A stretch of 64,000 nt of DNA from Psilocybe cubensis (Eukaryota). The notes under the pieces were generated by a model. That model was not told where the DNA came from, searched no databases, and was given only the letters and a program-made list of their open reading frames with translations. A program made the position numbers and the translations under genes. Location: assembly GCA_017499595.2 (NCBI GenBank), contig CM039009.1:930001-994000 (forward strand), in the 5' to 3' direction. How positions within the stretch are numbered: the stretch's first letter is position 1; every line of letters starts with the position of its first letter. Below, one piece after another: positions 11,732 through 25,020 of the stretch.

Positions 11732-12963
11732 TCACTGCGTCTTGGCCTTGCCTCCAAGGATACCCCTCGCTTCTGCCTCTCTCTCCGCAATGATACCCTC
11801 GGCCTCAACCTCCGCCATCAGTTTCTGCTCCATAGCAAGCAGCTGCTCCTTGCTCGCGTTCTTATTGGCCTTCTTCTGAGCCTTGACGCGCGCACGGTAC
11901 TGCCTGTACTTGTCGTCAGTGCCGAAGATCCTGTCCCACCACCGGAACGACGTCGAGAAGTTATTCGTGAACGCCATATGGTGGAAGTCGTGGTGCTCGG
12001 CACCTGACCAGAAGGGAATAATATTGTGCAATGACCATGGGAAGTCTATGATTGGATCAGAGATGAGAATTATTTTCGAGTGATGGATGGAATGATGTAC
12101 GCACCGTATCCACTGTGAGCATCAATGGCCTGGAAGAGACGTAGCACGATCCAGAGGTATACAGTGATGATGTGGAGGTTTGCGGTGAAGTAGCAATACA
12201 TGAGGGGGCCAAGAATAGTGCCAGTACCCAAGATGAAGACTTCAGCGGGGTGCGCGTACTCGGCGGCAAGACCAAATGGTGCTGAGTATTTGTGGTGAAT
12301 TTTGTGAATATGTTTGTACAGAACACCGGTGTGCAGTGCTTGGTGAGCTGTCATATAGAAATGAGACAACTTTTCTTCCAACGAGGAAAAATTGGACATA
12401 CCAACGAAGTGGAAGAAATCCTCGAAGAAGAAGAATAGGAAGACTTGAGGCGCCATGGTCTTCAGTGTAGGGAAGGGGACGTGGTATGTCTGCATGCCAA
12501 GTGCCTCTGCCGTTGGGTGGAACAGCCAAATCTAAACAAAAACCAGTCGCATTATTATTGGATGCTATGGCTATATTCAAGACTTGGACGTACCAATGGC
12601 AATTCAATCGTAAAATGTGAGAAAAGAACCTGTTTCGTGCATTCCCATTGCTCTGCTGGCGTTGGGACTTTGGTAGGTTGCAACTTCCACTGTCGGAAGT
12701 AGGGCATAGCGTCAATAATGATCCAAGGTATGCTTCGTCCAAAGTAGACGATCTAGGGGGTGTGTAAATGTATAATCCTTCGTCAATACAAGTCTAGGAC
12801 GCACTTCATGGAGCAAAAAGCTCATCAAGCCAGTGGCAACAACAGGGTTGCCTATCGTAACATACCACCACACCCACTTCTGTTCGAGGTAGGACAATGA
12901 TGAAAAGTCGGTGCCAGCGTAGAGGTCCGTGAGCGCGTTCGTGACGGTGCTGTTCAAAGCCAT
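11732..12963 (-). CDS. ERG25: C-4 methylsterol oxidase, multi-exon
   Basis: Three histidine boxes HQALH, HKIHH and HHDFHH; also [27 protein letters not shown] and [14 protein letters not shown] at 12963 (MALNSTV). Confidence 0.95.
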
Positions 12964-13110
12964 TTTGAAAAGGCTATGAGAGCGAACAAAAAAGGGGAAG
13001 TTGTGGTGGTGATGGTGGTGGTTGTGAACCAAACCGTGGGTCCTTTATGAATATCCCACTGAGAAGGTATGGAAAAAACAAACTGACCACTTTTCAATAA
13101 AATTCTGAAT

Positions 13111-13120
13111 GTGGCGTGAT
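13111..13120 (-). promoter_or_regulatory. SRE-like (SREBP) motif ATCACGCCAC upstream of ERG25
   Basis: Matches the ATCACNCCAC consensus about 150 bp upstream of the ERG25 ATG; E-box GTCACGTG nearby at 13158-13165. Confidence 0.45.
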
Positions 13121-13392
13121 ATCAACTCCTCCGTAACCCCATTCTCACCGTGTCTAGCACGTGACCGCTTTCAAATAGCACTCGAGATTCGTCCCCGAAT
13201 GGTCTAGCACTTAAATTCAGCGTTCTCGACGCCAGCAGCCAGTAGAAAATGCGGGAATTCATTCTGGAGACTAAGGTATACAACGACAATCATAACTAGC
13301 TCGTCACGGCGTGGTACATTAGGCGTTCTGGAGCATAACTAGAAACATGTAGATAATTGGTGAGTGCGGAGAATTAGGAGGTAGTTTTGAAT

Positions 13393-16136
13393 TCAATGCG
13401 ACGTATGGCCAGCTGTATGAGGCACTGCTTTCTCGTCAACGCTAGTCGTCGAACCGGTGCTGCCCTCTTTATCGTGCTCGATCGCGGCCTCGGGCTCCTT
13501 TTTGGTGCGGCCGAAGACTTTGTAACTGTGAAATATTGACGTGTCAATATTTAAGGTCTTCATATGATGGAGTAACCGGAGCACTTACAGCCAAGGGGGG
13601 AAGATCCCACCTGGAGGAATAACCCATTTCTCAGACAGGTCATATTCATGAGGTGTAATGCTGCCCTTGGACAACTTGGTGACAGCGAGAGCGAACCCGT
13701 TCAGAAGCATGAACGAGATGATACCAGCAATAACGCCATAAGCAATGCTAGGACAAAATGTTAGATTGCTGTGTAGGAAGGCAGAAGTAAAAGGCTAACT
13801 TGAGCGTTAAAGGAATGATGAGTAGGGTGAGGAATGCGGGAACAGAATCACCAAGGTAATGCCAGTTGATTTCAAGAACACTGATTTATATCATCAGTTA
13901 ATTAATCAGCGCATTTTCGACAATAGAAATACATACTTGCGAATCATCATAGACCCGACAATGACCAGTGCACCACCAGTAGCCCAGGAAGGAATCGAAG
14001 CAAAGATTGGAGCAAAGAAAACAGAGACGAAGAACATGAGCCCTGTGGTGATTCCGGTGATACCAGTCCTGCCACCCTCTTAATCGCATAGGATGAGATT
14101 CAAGAACAACATGATAGTGATCGATGGCTTACCAGAGATACCAGTGGCGCTTTCGATGTAGGCCGTGACGGGACTGACTCCCATTAGGGCCCCCATGCTA
14201 ATGCAGAATGCGTCCACGCAGTAGGCGATGTTAGATCCTTCAAAATCGAGAGTTACAGGATTGCGAAGGCCGGCAAACTTGGCCATAGAATACAGTGTTC
14301 TGAAAGAGCGAAAAAATGTGAACTGAACCCCATGGTCAAACAAGACAAAAATTTACCCAGTGGTATCTGTTATGTAGGGCAAGTATAAATCATATGCTAT
14401 GTGACAGAGAAAAGGAAGGACAGACCAAGGATATCGACATAGAGGAAAGTAATCAAAGCATACCAAACCCTTCCGTTGCTATCAAACGTCTTTTTCAGCA
14501 AAATTCAATTTTGCATTCGAACTCTTGCACACACCCATAGTTATACTAACAAAGCAGTCATCAACGGATAATCCAAAATTGATGGTAGTAGAAGACGTAC
14601 ATCAATGACATTGCCCACATGCTTGAGCTTGTGGAAAGTGACAACATTCTTGAAATAATCGAACAGCGCATCGCCACTTGGGGTATGAGGGAAGTATGTG
14701 ACGGCGGTGGAGCGGGGCCACGAGATGATGGAAACGAGGAGGATGCCCAGCAAGATAGCACCACGAATACGGTACATCATCATCATAAGAGTAAAAATGC
14801 TATCGCACAAAAATAATAAGGCACGACATCTCAATGAAATGCACTATAATAAATTGCGCACCCTCCTGCAAATATGCCCACCCACATCGTGGGGCTCCTG
14901 AGGACACCGCGCTCGCAATAGTTAGGAAGGCCCTCTTTAAAATCTATCGAAATTTTCATTGAGGGTATGTTGCTGGGAAAGGTAAGAGAAGACTCACTCT
15001 CAGCTAAACACCCTCCCAAAGCGACAAAATTGCTCGTGTCTCCACCAATAACGCCCAATCCATTTGCCCCTACAAGAGATATCGATTGAACAAAATGAGG
15101 TAGTATAAACCTTGGATTGACTCATACCAAGACCCACAAATCTAATGAATATGTACTTTCAATAACTTTCGTACCCAGAACATTGAAAGAAGTGAGACTT
15201 ACGCAATGAAAAGACCAATACCAGCACCGACAGAGAGAACAAGTGACTGAGGCATAATACGAACAAGCCATTGTCGAACACCAAGAATGGACAAAAGCAA
15301 GAACACCCATCTACAGCACAGGGGTTATTTAAATCATCACCCTGCAATATTTCACCACTCACCCCTCCAGGAACACGGCTCCCAAGGCCTCACGATACGT
15401 GATACTACCACTTCCATGTAGTCCAACGACAGAGTAGGAGAACTATATCAAGCATCAGAAAACCACATGTTCTGGAGGCAGAAAAGACGCACATAAGCAT
15501 TAAGGCCCAATCCCGGCGCCAGGCCCACTGGCAAGTTCGCAAGGGCACCCATGAGAACAGAAGAAAGGGCGGAGATGGCAGCAGTGGACGTGATAAGATC
15601 TTGGCGAACCTCATTCACGCATATTTGGTATACTTCATCGTTTAAACACAAGTCTTTTGTCGGGCAAACACAAGTTCCTCCTGAATCAGAAAGGATGGCC
15701 GCATTGACAGAGATCTGCGAGAGATAAAGAGAGTAAGAGCCAGTCGATACAGATGTGCCAGGAAGATACTACACACAATATACGCCATGGCGGCCTTTCC
15801 ATGGTGTTTGCATTAGATATAAGTTGAGCGAGCAAAGGTAATGTTGGCATACCCATGTTGTCAGTCCTGCTCGGATTTCAGTCTTCGTTGTACGTTAATT
15901 GAATTGAGCACGAAGAATATAGCATGATAGCAGGTACAGACGCACCGTAAACCTTGATCCAGGACGCTCTCCCTTAGCACCAGAACCCTCTAACTTGAAC
16001 CATCTTCCAACAGCAGTCGCTGCGACCTACGGTGGCGAAAATGTCCAGAACGATCGGGATCACCAAATTAGGAAAGAGATAAAGCAATTTTGACGGCACT
16101 TACTGCGTCGTTCAGCTTCACGATATACGAGGACAT
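13393..16136 (-). CDS. azgA: AzgA-family (NCS2-like) purine permease, many exons including microexons
   Basis: TEIRAGLTTW-AAMAYI-ISVNA, ANLPVGLAPGLGLNAY, FLYVDILDTTGTLY, SPVTAYIESATGI, GGRTGIT and PAFLTLLIIPLT motifs; ATG at 16136. Confidence 0.9.
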
Positions 16137-17558
16137 TATGAATTATAAACCCGACAAACAGCGCCTGGAAAAGAACGGCGTCGTCAGGTAAGTCGTCAGT
16201 ATGGTTGAAGTTACAGAACTCCGTTGAGATCTTCTGAGCGAACGGACGTGGGATGCGGATAAAAAACGGCTCGGGCTGGAGTAAACTTTATGTGCCCACG
16301 TTGACGTTGGAATTGAAGATCGGGGGATGGTAAAGATCTTGGCAACTCTCCAGGAACTATCGGGTTATCATGAGCTCTGCTATCATAGGCATCCTTATCC
16401 CTTCAGGCTCCCGAATTGCTGTTGTTATGTACATGATAACGGATTTTGCCTGTGCTCCATCTGCTGCAACTGTTGTGGAATGGAGCCCGTCTGATTTTGA
16501 ATAACCCTGTTAATTTCGTGTATACCGTCAGAGCTTTAAATTTGCTGCTAAAAATAACACACCGGAAAAACAACCAAGAGCCTAACGGAAGTGGTTCAAG
16601 GTTGTTCAGCAAATTGTAATTGCTGTTGGATACGTTGCGCGCTTACGCCAGCTTACGCCCTGCTACTCATTATTGGCGTTGGAAATGTGCCTTAGTGTAG
16701 ATGTTGACCCTGATATCGAAATCAATTTCGGGATCTAATGCTCAATTGACCACATGCTAATATTGAGCTGTATTGAGGAGATAAAAAAGATCCTCTCGCC
16801 TCATTCGTGCCTTGTATATTATATCTATGTGATAAGAAAGGATAAGCAATTCAGCTGATTCTCCGTAAGTACCGAATCTACCGACCACTCACTCGACACA
16901 AATGGCCTCCTCCGCACGTACTTCGACCAACTTGTGAGTTATCATCTCGCCCAATATCTCGCTGAACCTGCCATTGGTGCCAGGGTCTGTCAAATAGCTG
17001 TCAGGTGAGTTTCTCCGGTCCCAGGTGTTTGATGAGTCCTTTTAGTTTCCAGAAATACATCAGCAATTTATGAACAACAGTTATAGAGTAAATAGCAAGG
17101 CAAAACGAACATTGAACATTCCCAAGTTCGATTCGATGAACTTTGTCCTCTGAACCAGTTTAAATATTACGTAAGCATCCGGTAATTGCCAGTCCAATTT
17201 CTGAGCCTCACCGACGCTAACAGACGCTAACACTTGCTCAGCAAAGTCAAACCCTCTAAGTTCTCACCTTCAAAATATTGTTCGGTTCCAAATTATTACC
17301 AAAATGGCTCATGGTGACATCTGTAATCCTATGGCCCAGTGAAATTCAAGAAGACTCTCATGGAACTTATATATGGAGTCTAGATGGCTCTTAACGGGGA
17401 ACCGTTTTCTGCAACGATGTCGTGATAGGACCAAATATGCGGTGCTTCGAGATAAACATCCTGCCCGGTCTGGAGTCCAATACTTTGTCAAATTGTATAT
17501 TCCCGTAGCTCAGCGAACAAACATCACGCTTTGAATTCGTTCTTTTGAAAGCAACAGA

Positions 17559-18648
17559 ATGCCGGATCAATCATCGCAAACCGATCCTCTTCAAGGAAAG
17601 ATCGCTTTGATCACAGGCGCATCGTACGTGTCTAAATCGTGGCCCGATCAGCAATAAACTGAAAGGTTTACAGGGGAGGAATAGGATATGCCACTGCTCT
17701 CGCACTAGGACGTAGAGGCTGTTCCATCGCAGTGCACTACAATGCTGCAAAGGCCAAAGCTGATGCACTCGTCGCTGAGCTTTCTCAGATCGGTGTCAAG
17801 GCGATTGCGTTCCAAGCTGAGATGGGCAATTTTGACCAAGTGCGTAAGCTACACGCCGATGTCGTCGAACAGCTGGGTCATCCGGATATCTTGTTCAATA
17901 ATGCTGGTCGAACGAATACGGTTGTTGGAATGTGGGGAGACATGGGATCCATCAGCATTGACGAATTTGAGCACACATGGAGGGTCAATACGGCGTCCAG
18001 CTATCTGGTGCGTCATTTTTAGTTTTGGGTTTTTCTATGGCTGATATTTCTTTATAAAGCTGACGCAATTATGTCTTCCAAACATGGTCCAAAATAAATT
18101 CGGGAGAATTGTATTTTGTTCGAGTGTTGCTGCTGGTAAGTTTTCCCTTTCGAACATTACTATGGCGTGATTGTTAAGTCAAAAATCAGGCGTTGGCGGT
18201 GTAATTGGACCCCACTACGCCTCTTCAAAGTCAGCTTTGCATGGGCTTCTTCATTGGATAGCCATCAGACATGCAAAAGACGGTGTGGTACGTTAGTTAT
18301 GAAACAAATATCACTGGTAGCTTATTGCGATGTTGAAGACATGTAATGCGGTTGCTCCTGCACTTATCATCGGTACGCCTTTTGCCACTTTCTTACCGAG
18401 ATAAAACTCAACTTCCGACCGCAGAAACATCTATGTTCGAAAACCCTTCCGAGCAGCTCAAGGATAAAATTCCTGTTGGGCGTTTTGGACTTCCTCATGA
18501 AATTGCGTCGGTCGTGGAGATGCTCGTTAGCAATGCATACATGACCAATAAGGTATGTCATTTACTGAAGAATACAGTTGTACGTTTGACTGACCTTGAC
18601 TTTTAGATCATTGTTTCTGACGGAGGAATGACTCCCAGTGCTTTCTGA
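17559..18648 (+). CDS. Short-chain dehydrogenase/reductase (3-oxoacyl-ACP reductase-like), multi-exon
   Basis: TGAS-GGIG Rossmann motif across intron 1, DILFNNAG, catalytic YASSK, IPVGRFGLPHEIA, C-terminal VSDGG. Confidence 0.9.
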
Positions 18649-21539
18649 GATTTCGCGGCCTCTGTAGAAAACTTCAAAGTTAATTAACCAATGAATGTCC
18701 GTCGTTTTGTCCGGTGAGAATGTAGATTGTCGCCAATTCCGCGTATGCCATAAGGAGAAATGAATACATCGTCATGGATGTTCACGATTTGCATCAAGTT
18801 ATCAACCTTGGATGATGCGCAACCTTTTCGACTCTTATCTAGGTTATTTTGTGAGTAGAATACCAGCAAACGTAAACGCGATCTCCTCTCTGATGACATC
18901 CTGAATGACACTCTAAAAATAGCCATGAGTTGCAACGAAACGTTTTTTGGTTGTGTCTTTGAGGATAGCTCTGCAACATCGTGGTACTCCTTGTACACAC
19001 GTCGTTGACAGGACACTATATCGCTTGAGTGTGAAATTTCATCAGATTCAAATTTTTGAGAGTGTATTGAAATTGTTCAGAGATTCAGTCTTTATGATTT
19101 GAAAACAATGTCGTCTATGATGGCATACCTTCTGACTCGTCAAATGGCGCTAGAAAATCCATGGTGATTGACTCCTTGGATGGAGCTATTTGACAGGGCA
19201 GATAAAACTCTGGAATGCTTGGGAGATTCGGTTACTCAAGTTTCTTTGCGGTTGTCTGCACGTCCACCATTACACGTCTCGTTGTTATTTGATTCTTACC
19301 TCTAGGTCAACCTTAGTGTCCACCACAATAACTTAGTGCATCGACCTAGAACACGGCAACGAACCAGAACAGGTTGCCTCAGCCACCCATAAGGCGTCGA
19401 AACCCTAATTGCAGTTGGTCGGTTGTTTCCGATCACACGTGCTGGGTGGCTGAACCTCGCTCCTTACATCCGAGTTCTAGTTCTCCTACCTCGGACACTT
19501 CGCTGCTTTTGCGGTCTTTACTCTTCTCATGGATCGACTGCCACGATACACCATGGCTGGGTGGCTACGGGCCCACTGAACTCTGGAGGATGATTTGGAC
19601 GACAAAGTTTTTTGCCGGGCTTTGATTTCTGGACAGATGGCGACATGGGATCGGAACCCCTTGTTCCCGTCCTGCTTTTGTGCGGTGGGATGAAGTAGGG
19701 GGGCGGTGTGTAGCTCAGCAAGTGGCTTATGGACTACTCTTGTCTCTTTGCTTGGTGCTGCGTTTATTTCGCTGAGGAGGGCGGACACCCGGAGGTGGTC
19801 GCTGAGTCTGGGTACGTGCTTTTCTTCCTCGAGGGATCGGAACTCCAGTCTCACCACATCGTGATAAGCACGTTGCGGGATAAGCAGGGTATCTGACGTG
19901 TACAGCTCTTTCAGTGTCTCTACCATTTCACGACTCTTTTTCACCCGCCTATGGGTTCGTGGAGGCAATGTGCCATTGGTGCGTAATCTCACATCGCACC
20001 GCCATGGGCTGTGGTGCCACTCCGCTCTTTCTGACATCGTCACCCAGAGCCATCCAGCTTTATCGACGGCGACACATACAGACGGATCTTTTCGTATTCA
20101 CCCGTATCACTGGGTCATTTCGATCTGAGCTGAGATGGCCCAACTAGTGGGCACTTGTCTGCTTTCAGATCTATCATCCGATCATGGAGCTCGATCTCTC
20201 GACGCTGGTACAAAGAAATATTGTAGGTTATCTTACACTCTTACATTTTACACTTGAGACTAATTCCTACCCGAAGTCGCGTCTGACTCCCGGTTTGTAA
20301 CGCGTAGACTGATTACCGTTGTAATCCCCTTTGGTCTACGCGAGGGGCATCTCTTGAGTAGGTCTTTTTATCATTGGCTTACTTTCTATAAACTGGTGAT
20401 ATGTATTCTCTCCTCAGTTCAACGGATTTTCATATTCTCTGAAGTTATTGCCTGGCATCAATGCGATCAGATTTACGTCGTTCGTCTGTTCCCGTCAGCT
20501 GGTTGGCCGTCTCCGATAGAGATTTGTGGGAGACTCCTCAACAATGAGCATTTTCCCAAGGTGTGTCGGTTTGACTATCCAACTGTGTTGTTGATGAATC
20601 TCATTTTGCCAATTTAGGGATGATAACTCGAAGTTCAAATGTCCGAGTTTTTTTTACTGCAAGGCGTTCTTTTTGTTACATCTTTTTGTGTAAGATGCGT
20701 AATTTGGTACGCTTATCATTGACTCTTTTGCACCACATGTTGGCTTATTGTTTCCTATTCTAGTGCAGTTTACTTTCTTCTACAGACAAATTTCTTGGGT
20801 GTGTAAAATCTGTTTATCGAATGGTGTCAATGATTCTAATTACACATCCTTTCAGAGCGGGAAGAACATTAATAGAAGAACATTCATTTTTCCAACATGT
20901 GCCGCCAACGCTCGTGGAAAGGACAATTTGACTTTCGCCACGGCTTTAGCGATGTGCCAATGTAATTTGAAACCGGATCTAAAGGTTAATGTTTGTGGTG
21001 CGTGTGCTTCCGTATCCATCCAGCCTTTTGCCTGCGAGTTTATAAGTCTCATAGATGATTTTGTCGGGAGAAATATGATTCATATGATTTCTGTATTTAA
21101 TGTTCAGTGCGTGTCCTTTCTCTTCTAAAAGGGCGATGGCTAATGTTTAGAAACGTAGATATGCGAGTTCGGATATGACAGGGCTTCTGGCAGGCAAAGT
21201 TACTGACTCTTACTTTGTTTGGCAGAAAGGTGGGTTGAAGTTGAGATTTAAGACGACCTTGACGGTCCTGTGAGATTCTGAGAGACGACCCTGTAAGAAA
21301 TTGAGAAACGAATGAGTAGCCGAGAGTGCCGCAAAAGGTTTGTTTACTACACAAACACCGCCGCATCTGATCAGCTCCGAGTTCATTTGCCGGGCCGAAT
21401 TCACTACTTTTCGGCCAAAAAGCGACGCATTGACCAGTTAGTGCCGACGACGCTCACGACGACGAGCTTGAACATCCTCCCTGCTGTATAACTTATTTTC
21501 CCTTCTCTGAGCGTATTTCCTACTCCAACCATCCATGAT

Positions 21540-24500
21540 ATGCCCCGAAATCACCATCCGGCTGCCTCTACCCTCAGAAACCGCAACCGGATTACAAACA
21601 AAACACGCCTTAAGATCCACCAGGGCTCACTCGACGCAGATGCCATCCTCATTCCAGACGAAGACGAGGAGAAGCATCGTCTCACCAACCTCGTCGCTGG
21701 TGTCGATGCTGAGGACGCCAATGTGAGCAATTTTCCTCGTCGTTTGCGTGCCACGTCAGCTATCGATCCCATCGATGGTGGCTGTGTGTCCCGCGGTTTG
21801 ATGACAAACATGCTGACACACCATTCTTTCCCTTTTAGGAACACCATTTGCAAGAGGTGCTATCTGCGGTCCATAGGACCAATGTCATTAACCGGCAGCC
21901 CAGAGGCAGCGTTGACAAACCCGCTCCCGCTCCTGCACCCGCTTTTATTCCAACACCTGACTCTACAGGCATCGTTGAAAACTATGACGAGCTCTATCCA
22001 CCAAACAGATGGAAGGATCCTACAACATATGTACACACCTCCCAGACAGTGGAAGAGCATATCACCAATGGACTCGCCAACGGGTTCACGTATTACATGG
22101 ATGAGCGCGACAAGGAGTGGCTTGACAAGAATAACGAGGAAGCCCGGGGTGAAGGCACGAGTGCCCAAGGTGCTGTGTCGGCATCCGGAACTCGGACTTC
22201 AGCTCGTAGTGCGAAGGCTAAGGGCAAGGAGCCCGAATCTTCGCTCCCGGTCGTTATCTCTGAAGATGAATTCGAGTTGGTGATGGGTATATTTGAGAAA
22301 GTAACGCACGAGAAGACGGAGTATCTGCATCACGTACGTGACTTGCCATCGTCAGAGAATTTGCTACTTATAATGTTTTGTAGAGCTTGGAAACAGGCAT
22401 GGAATTCCCTGCTTTTTCAGAGTATCAGGATGTCTTTTCCGCGACACTTCCGGTGACGATGTTTGCAACATACAGTGTGCCAAGTTGGATACCTACACCG
22501 CAAGCCTTGCTCAAAAGCGCAAGAGCCATTTACCCTTATTGGAAGGAGCGCAGATTGGAACGAGGAGGACACCGAATCATACCCACCTTGAATGTAAGTT
22601 ATTCGTTTTCTTTCCTTACTCCATACTTATTCTATGAATCAAGGGCGATGAATCCGATACTCTCAACGAATCCTACATATGCTTCCGAAGACGAGAAAGC
22701 AAAGCCGTCCGAAAGACTCGTGCATCACAAGTCACATCGTCGGATAAGCTAGCCCGACTTCAAGCAGAATTCTCCTACCCACTCGAACTCGCAAAAGCAA
22801 TCCTGACCCGAGAAACCTTGAAGAAGGAATTGGCTGCTCAATCTCAGGCCGTTTGGGAGAAGCGCCTAGCTTTCGTGGATCTCAAACGCAAATTTCCTAG
22901 TCTCAATGACAAGATTGATGAGGAATTGCTGGTAGACAAGGAACGACCGACAAAGAGGGCGGATACTGCGTAAGCTTTGTTGTGCTTGGTCCACTTTCTT
23001 TCTCATTTATTAACCCGTGTGACCTTTAGGCGCGTCCCAGGTTTGAAGATTAGGACCAGCGACCAAGCTCTCCCTCCTCCTCGCCAGGAAGTCGTTATTC
23101 GTCCCAAGGAACGTCAACAAATGATACGCGACCAGATCGAAAGCCAACTGGCCCGCATAAAGGATCTCGATCACCACTGGGAAGATCAAGTCGACGTAAG
23201 TTTGCATTCAAAACCAGTGTCATACTATTGTTTTTACTCACCATGAATCTACAACCAACAGAATCCTTATCAAAGCCTTCCAGTGCCTTATGCTTCGAGA
23301 TTATTCAAATACATCCCTCCTCCCAATACCCCATCCTGGCCTTCCTCAAATTCAGACAAGACAGATGACGAGGCCACAAATGTACCACCTCGCATTTCCC
23401 GTGCAGTTCGCATGCGTGTCGGTCGCGGCGGCCGTATACTTTTGGATCGTCGGGATGCTGTGGCACGTCGTCCAGTGAAGAAGCTGCCGCGCTCGTCTCT
23501 GTTCGCTCTAGGCGATTCAGAAGATGAAAGTGCTGGTGCTGATGGAATGGATGTTGACGAAGATCCGGAGGAAATCGAGCGCAACAGACGCCTTGAAGAA
23601 CGGTGGAGGTTCGATGAGGATGATGTTCCACCTACCGGCCCAGAAGGCCCCGACGAGCAAGACAGAATCCTAGTTGATGATTATAATCCCACGTAAGTTT
23701 TTCTCTGTATTACTGTGGCTTTGCCTTTCTCACCTCGTCATTAGATATCTGCGGCATACAATGACTCTATTCAACGAGAGCGACCACGTCAGCTTGATGA
23801 CAGACCCGACTGTATACATCACTGCTCCGGATGGTCGCCAACTTCCTGTTGTTCCCTATCGCCTTGGAATGCCAGCCCCTGCTATACGACGGGACGCGCA
23901 AGGCCGCCCATATCCCATTCAACAACACATTCCCCCTAATCATCCTCTTGCGAATATGGTTGCTCCTGGTGGTATTCCTGTATCCATGCAGCACCAGATC
24001 AAGAAGATGCAACCTCCAACAGCAGCACCGCAAATGCGAATATCTTCGAACGGAGGCATGCGTCCTCCTGCTGTGATGCCACTATCGAATATCCAACAGG
24101 CCCAACACGTGAACGGAGCCGTGCCCCATCACGTCGCGTCACCTCACCCTGTTCCCGTTCCCGTTCCTCAGCATCCACCCGCCAATGGCGTCAACGGGAT
24201 TAGTCGAGCTGCTATATCCATGCCCCATGTTGATGTCCAGAAGCCGGAGGTTATCGCGACACCAGCCATTGCAAACGGTGTGCCAGCCAACCCACAACCT
24301 GATCCCAATGCGGAGATGACAGTGAACGGTCTTCCGATCCGACCAAAATCACAGAACGTGACGCCTCAGCCTCATCTCGGTCTAGGTGTGCCGACGAATG
24401 GGTACCATTTGACGCCGATGAATAACATGACTGCGGCTGCCCTCGTCAACTCGGCAGCCTTCCAGCACAATCAAGGCCAGCAGCAAATTCCGACAGGCTT

Positions 24501-25020
24501 GTCTCTTCAACAAGTGCAAAATTTGAAGAATGTTTTCGCCAATATGCCTGCCCCTGAACTTGCAGCCTTCCAGGCTGCCAGAGGAATACCAAATTCATAC
24601 ATGCTTCCTGCTAACGGTGCGAATATGAACATGCAGCTGGCCCAGGGTGCAAATATGAACTTGAAGTTACCGCCCGCTCGTCAGATGCAGTGGATGAATT
24701 CACCGCTGCAGCGACCGCCTTCTGTGGTAAATGGAACGGACACTCAAATTAATGGTGCAATGGTTGCTAGTCCCAGCATTAGCCATTCCGTACCGGTTCG
24801 CTCTCCTTCGGCCAACGGGCAGCGCCCTGTGATGCGGAATGGGGTTCATATGAACGGGCAGCATTCGATGTCGCCTCATATGCAGCATTCGCCTTCACCA
24901 CTTCCGAATATTTCCCAGTCGCAGTCGCCTCCCCGGGTGCCGATGACCCCCAATATGGCCATGACCTCACCTTCGTTGCAACAACAGCAACCAGTCGGCG
25001 GTCAGCAAAATGGCTATTAA
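21540..25020 (+). CDS. EPL1: Enhancer of polycomb-like protein (NuA4 subunit), multi-exon
   Basis: LRNRNRITNKTRLKI, GVDAEDANEHHLQ, FIPTPD, YYMDERDKEWL, ISEDEFELVMGIFEK, IYPYWKERR, YICFRRRE, RMRVGRGGRILLDRR; long Q/N/M/P-rich tail. Confidence 0.92.

Noticed and set aside
17503..17520. GTAGCTCAG, a tRNA A-box-like motif
   Set aside because: No cloverleaf or T-loop follows; no tRNA or rRNA gene was found in the window.
18684..20210. 185-aa minus-strand ORF (19486-20043) and neighbouring fragments
   Set aside because: No recognisable motifs, stops in adjoining frames and no coherent splice model; may be an orphan gene or a decayed element.
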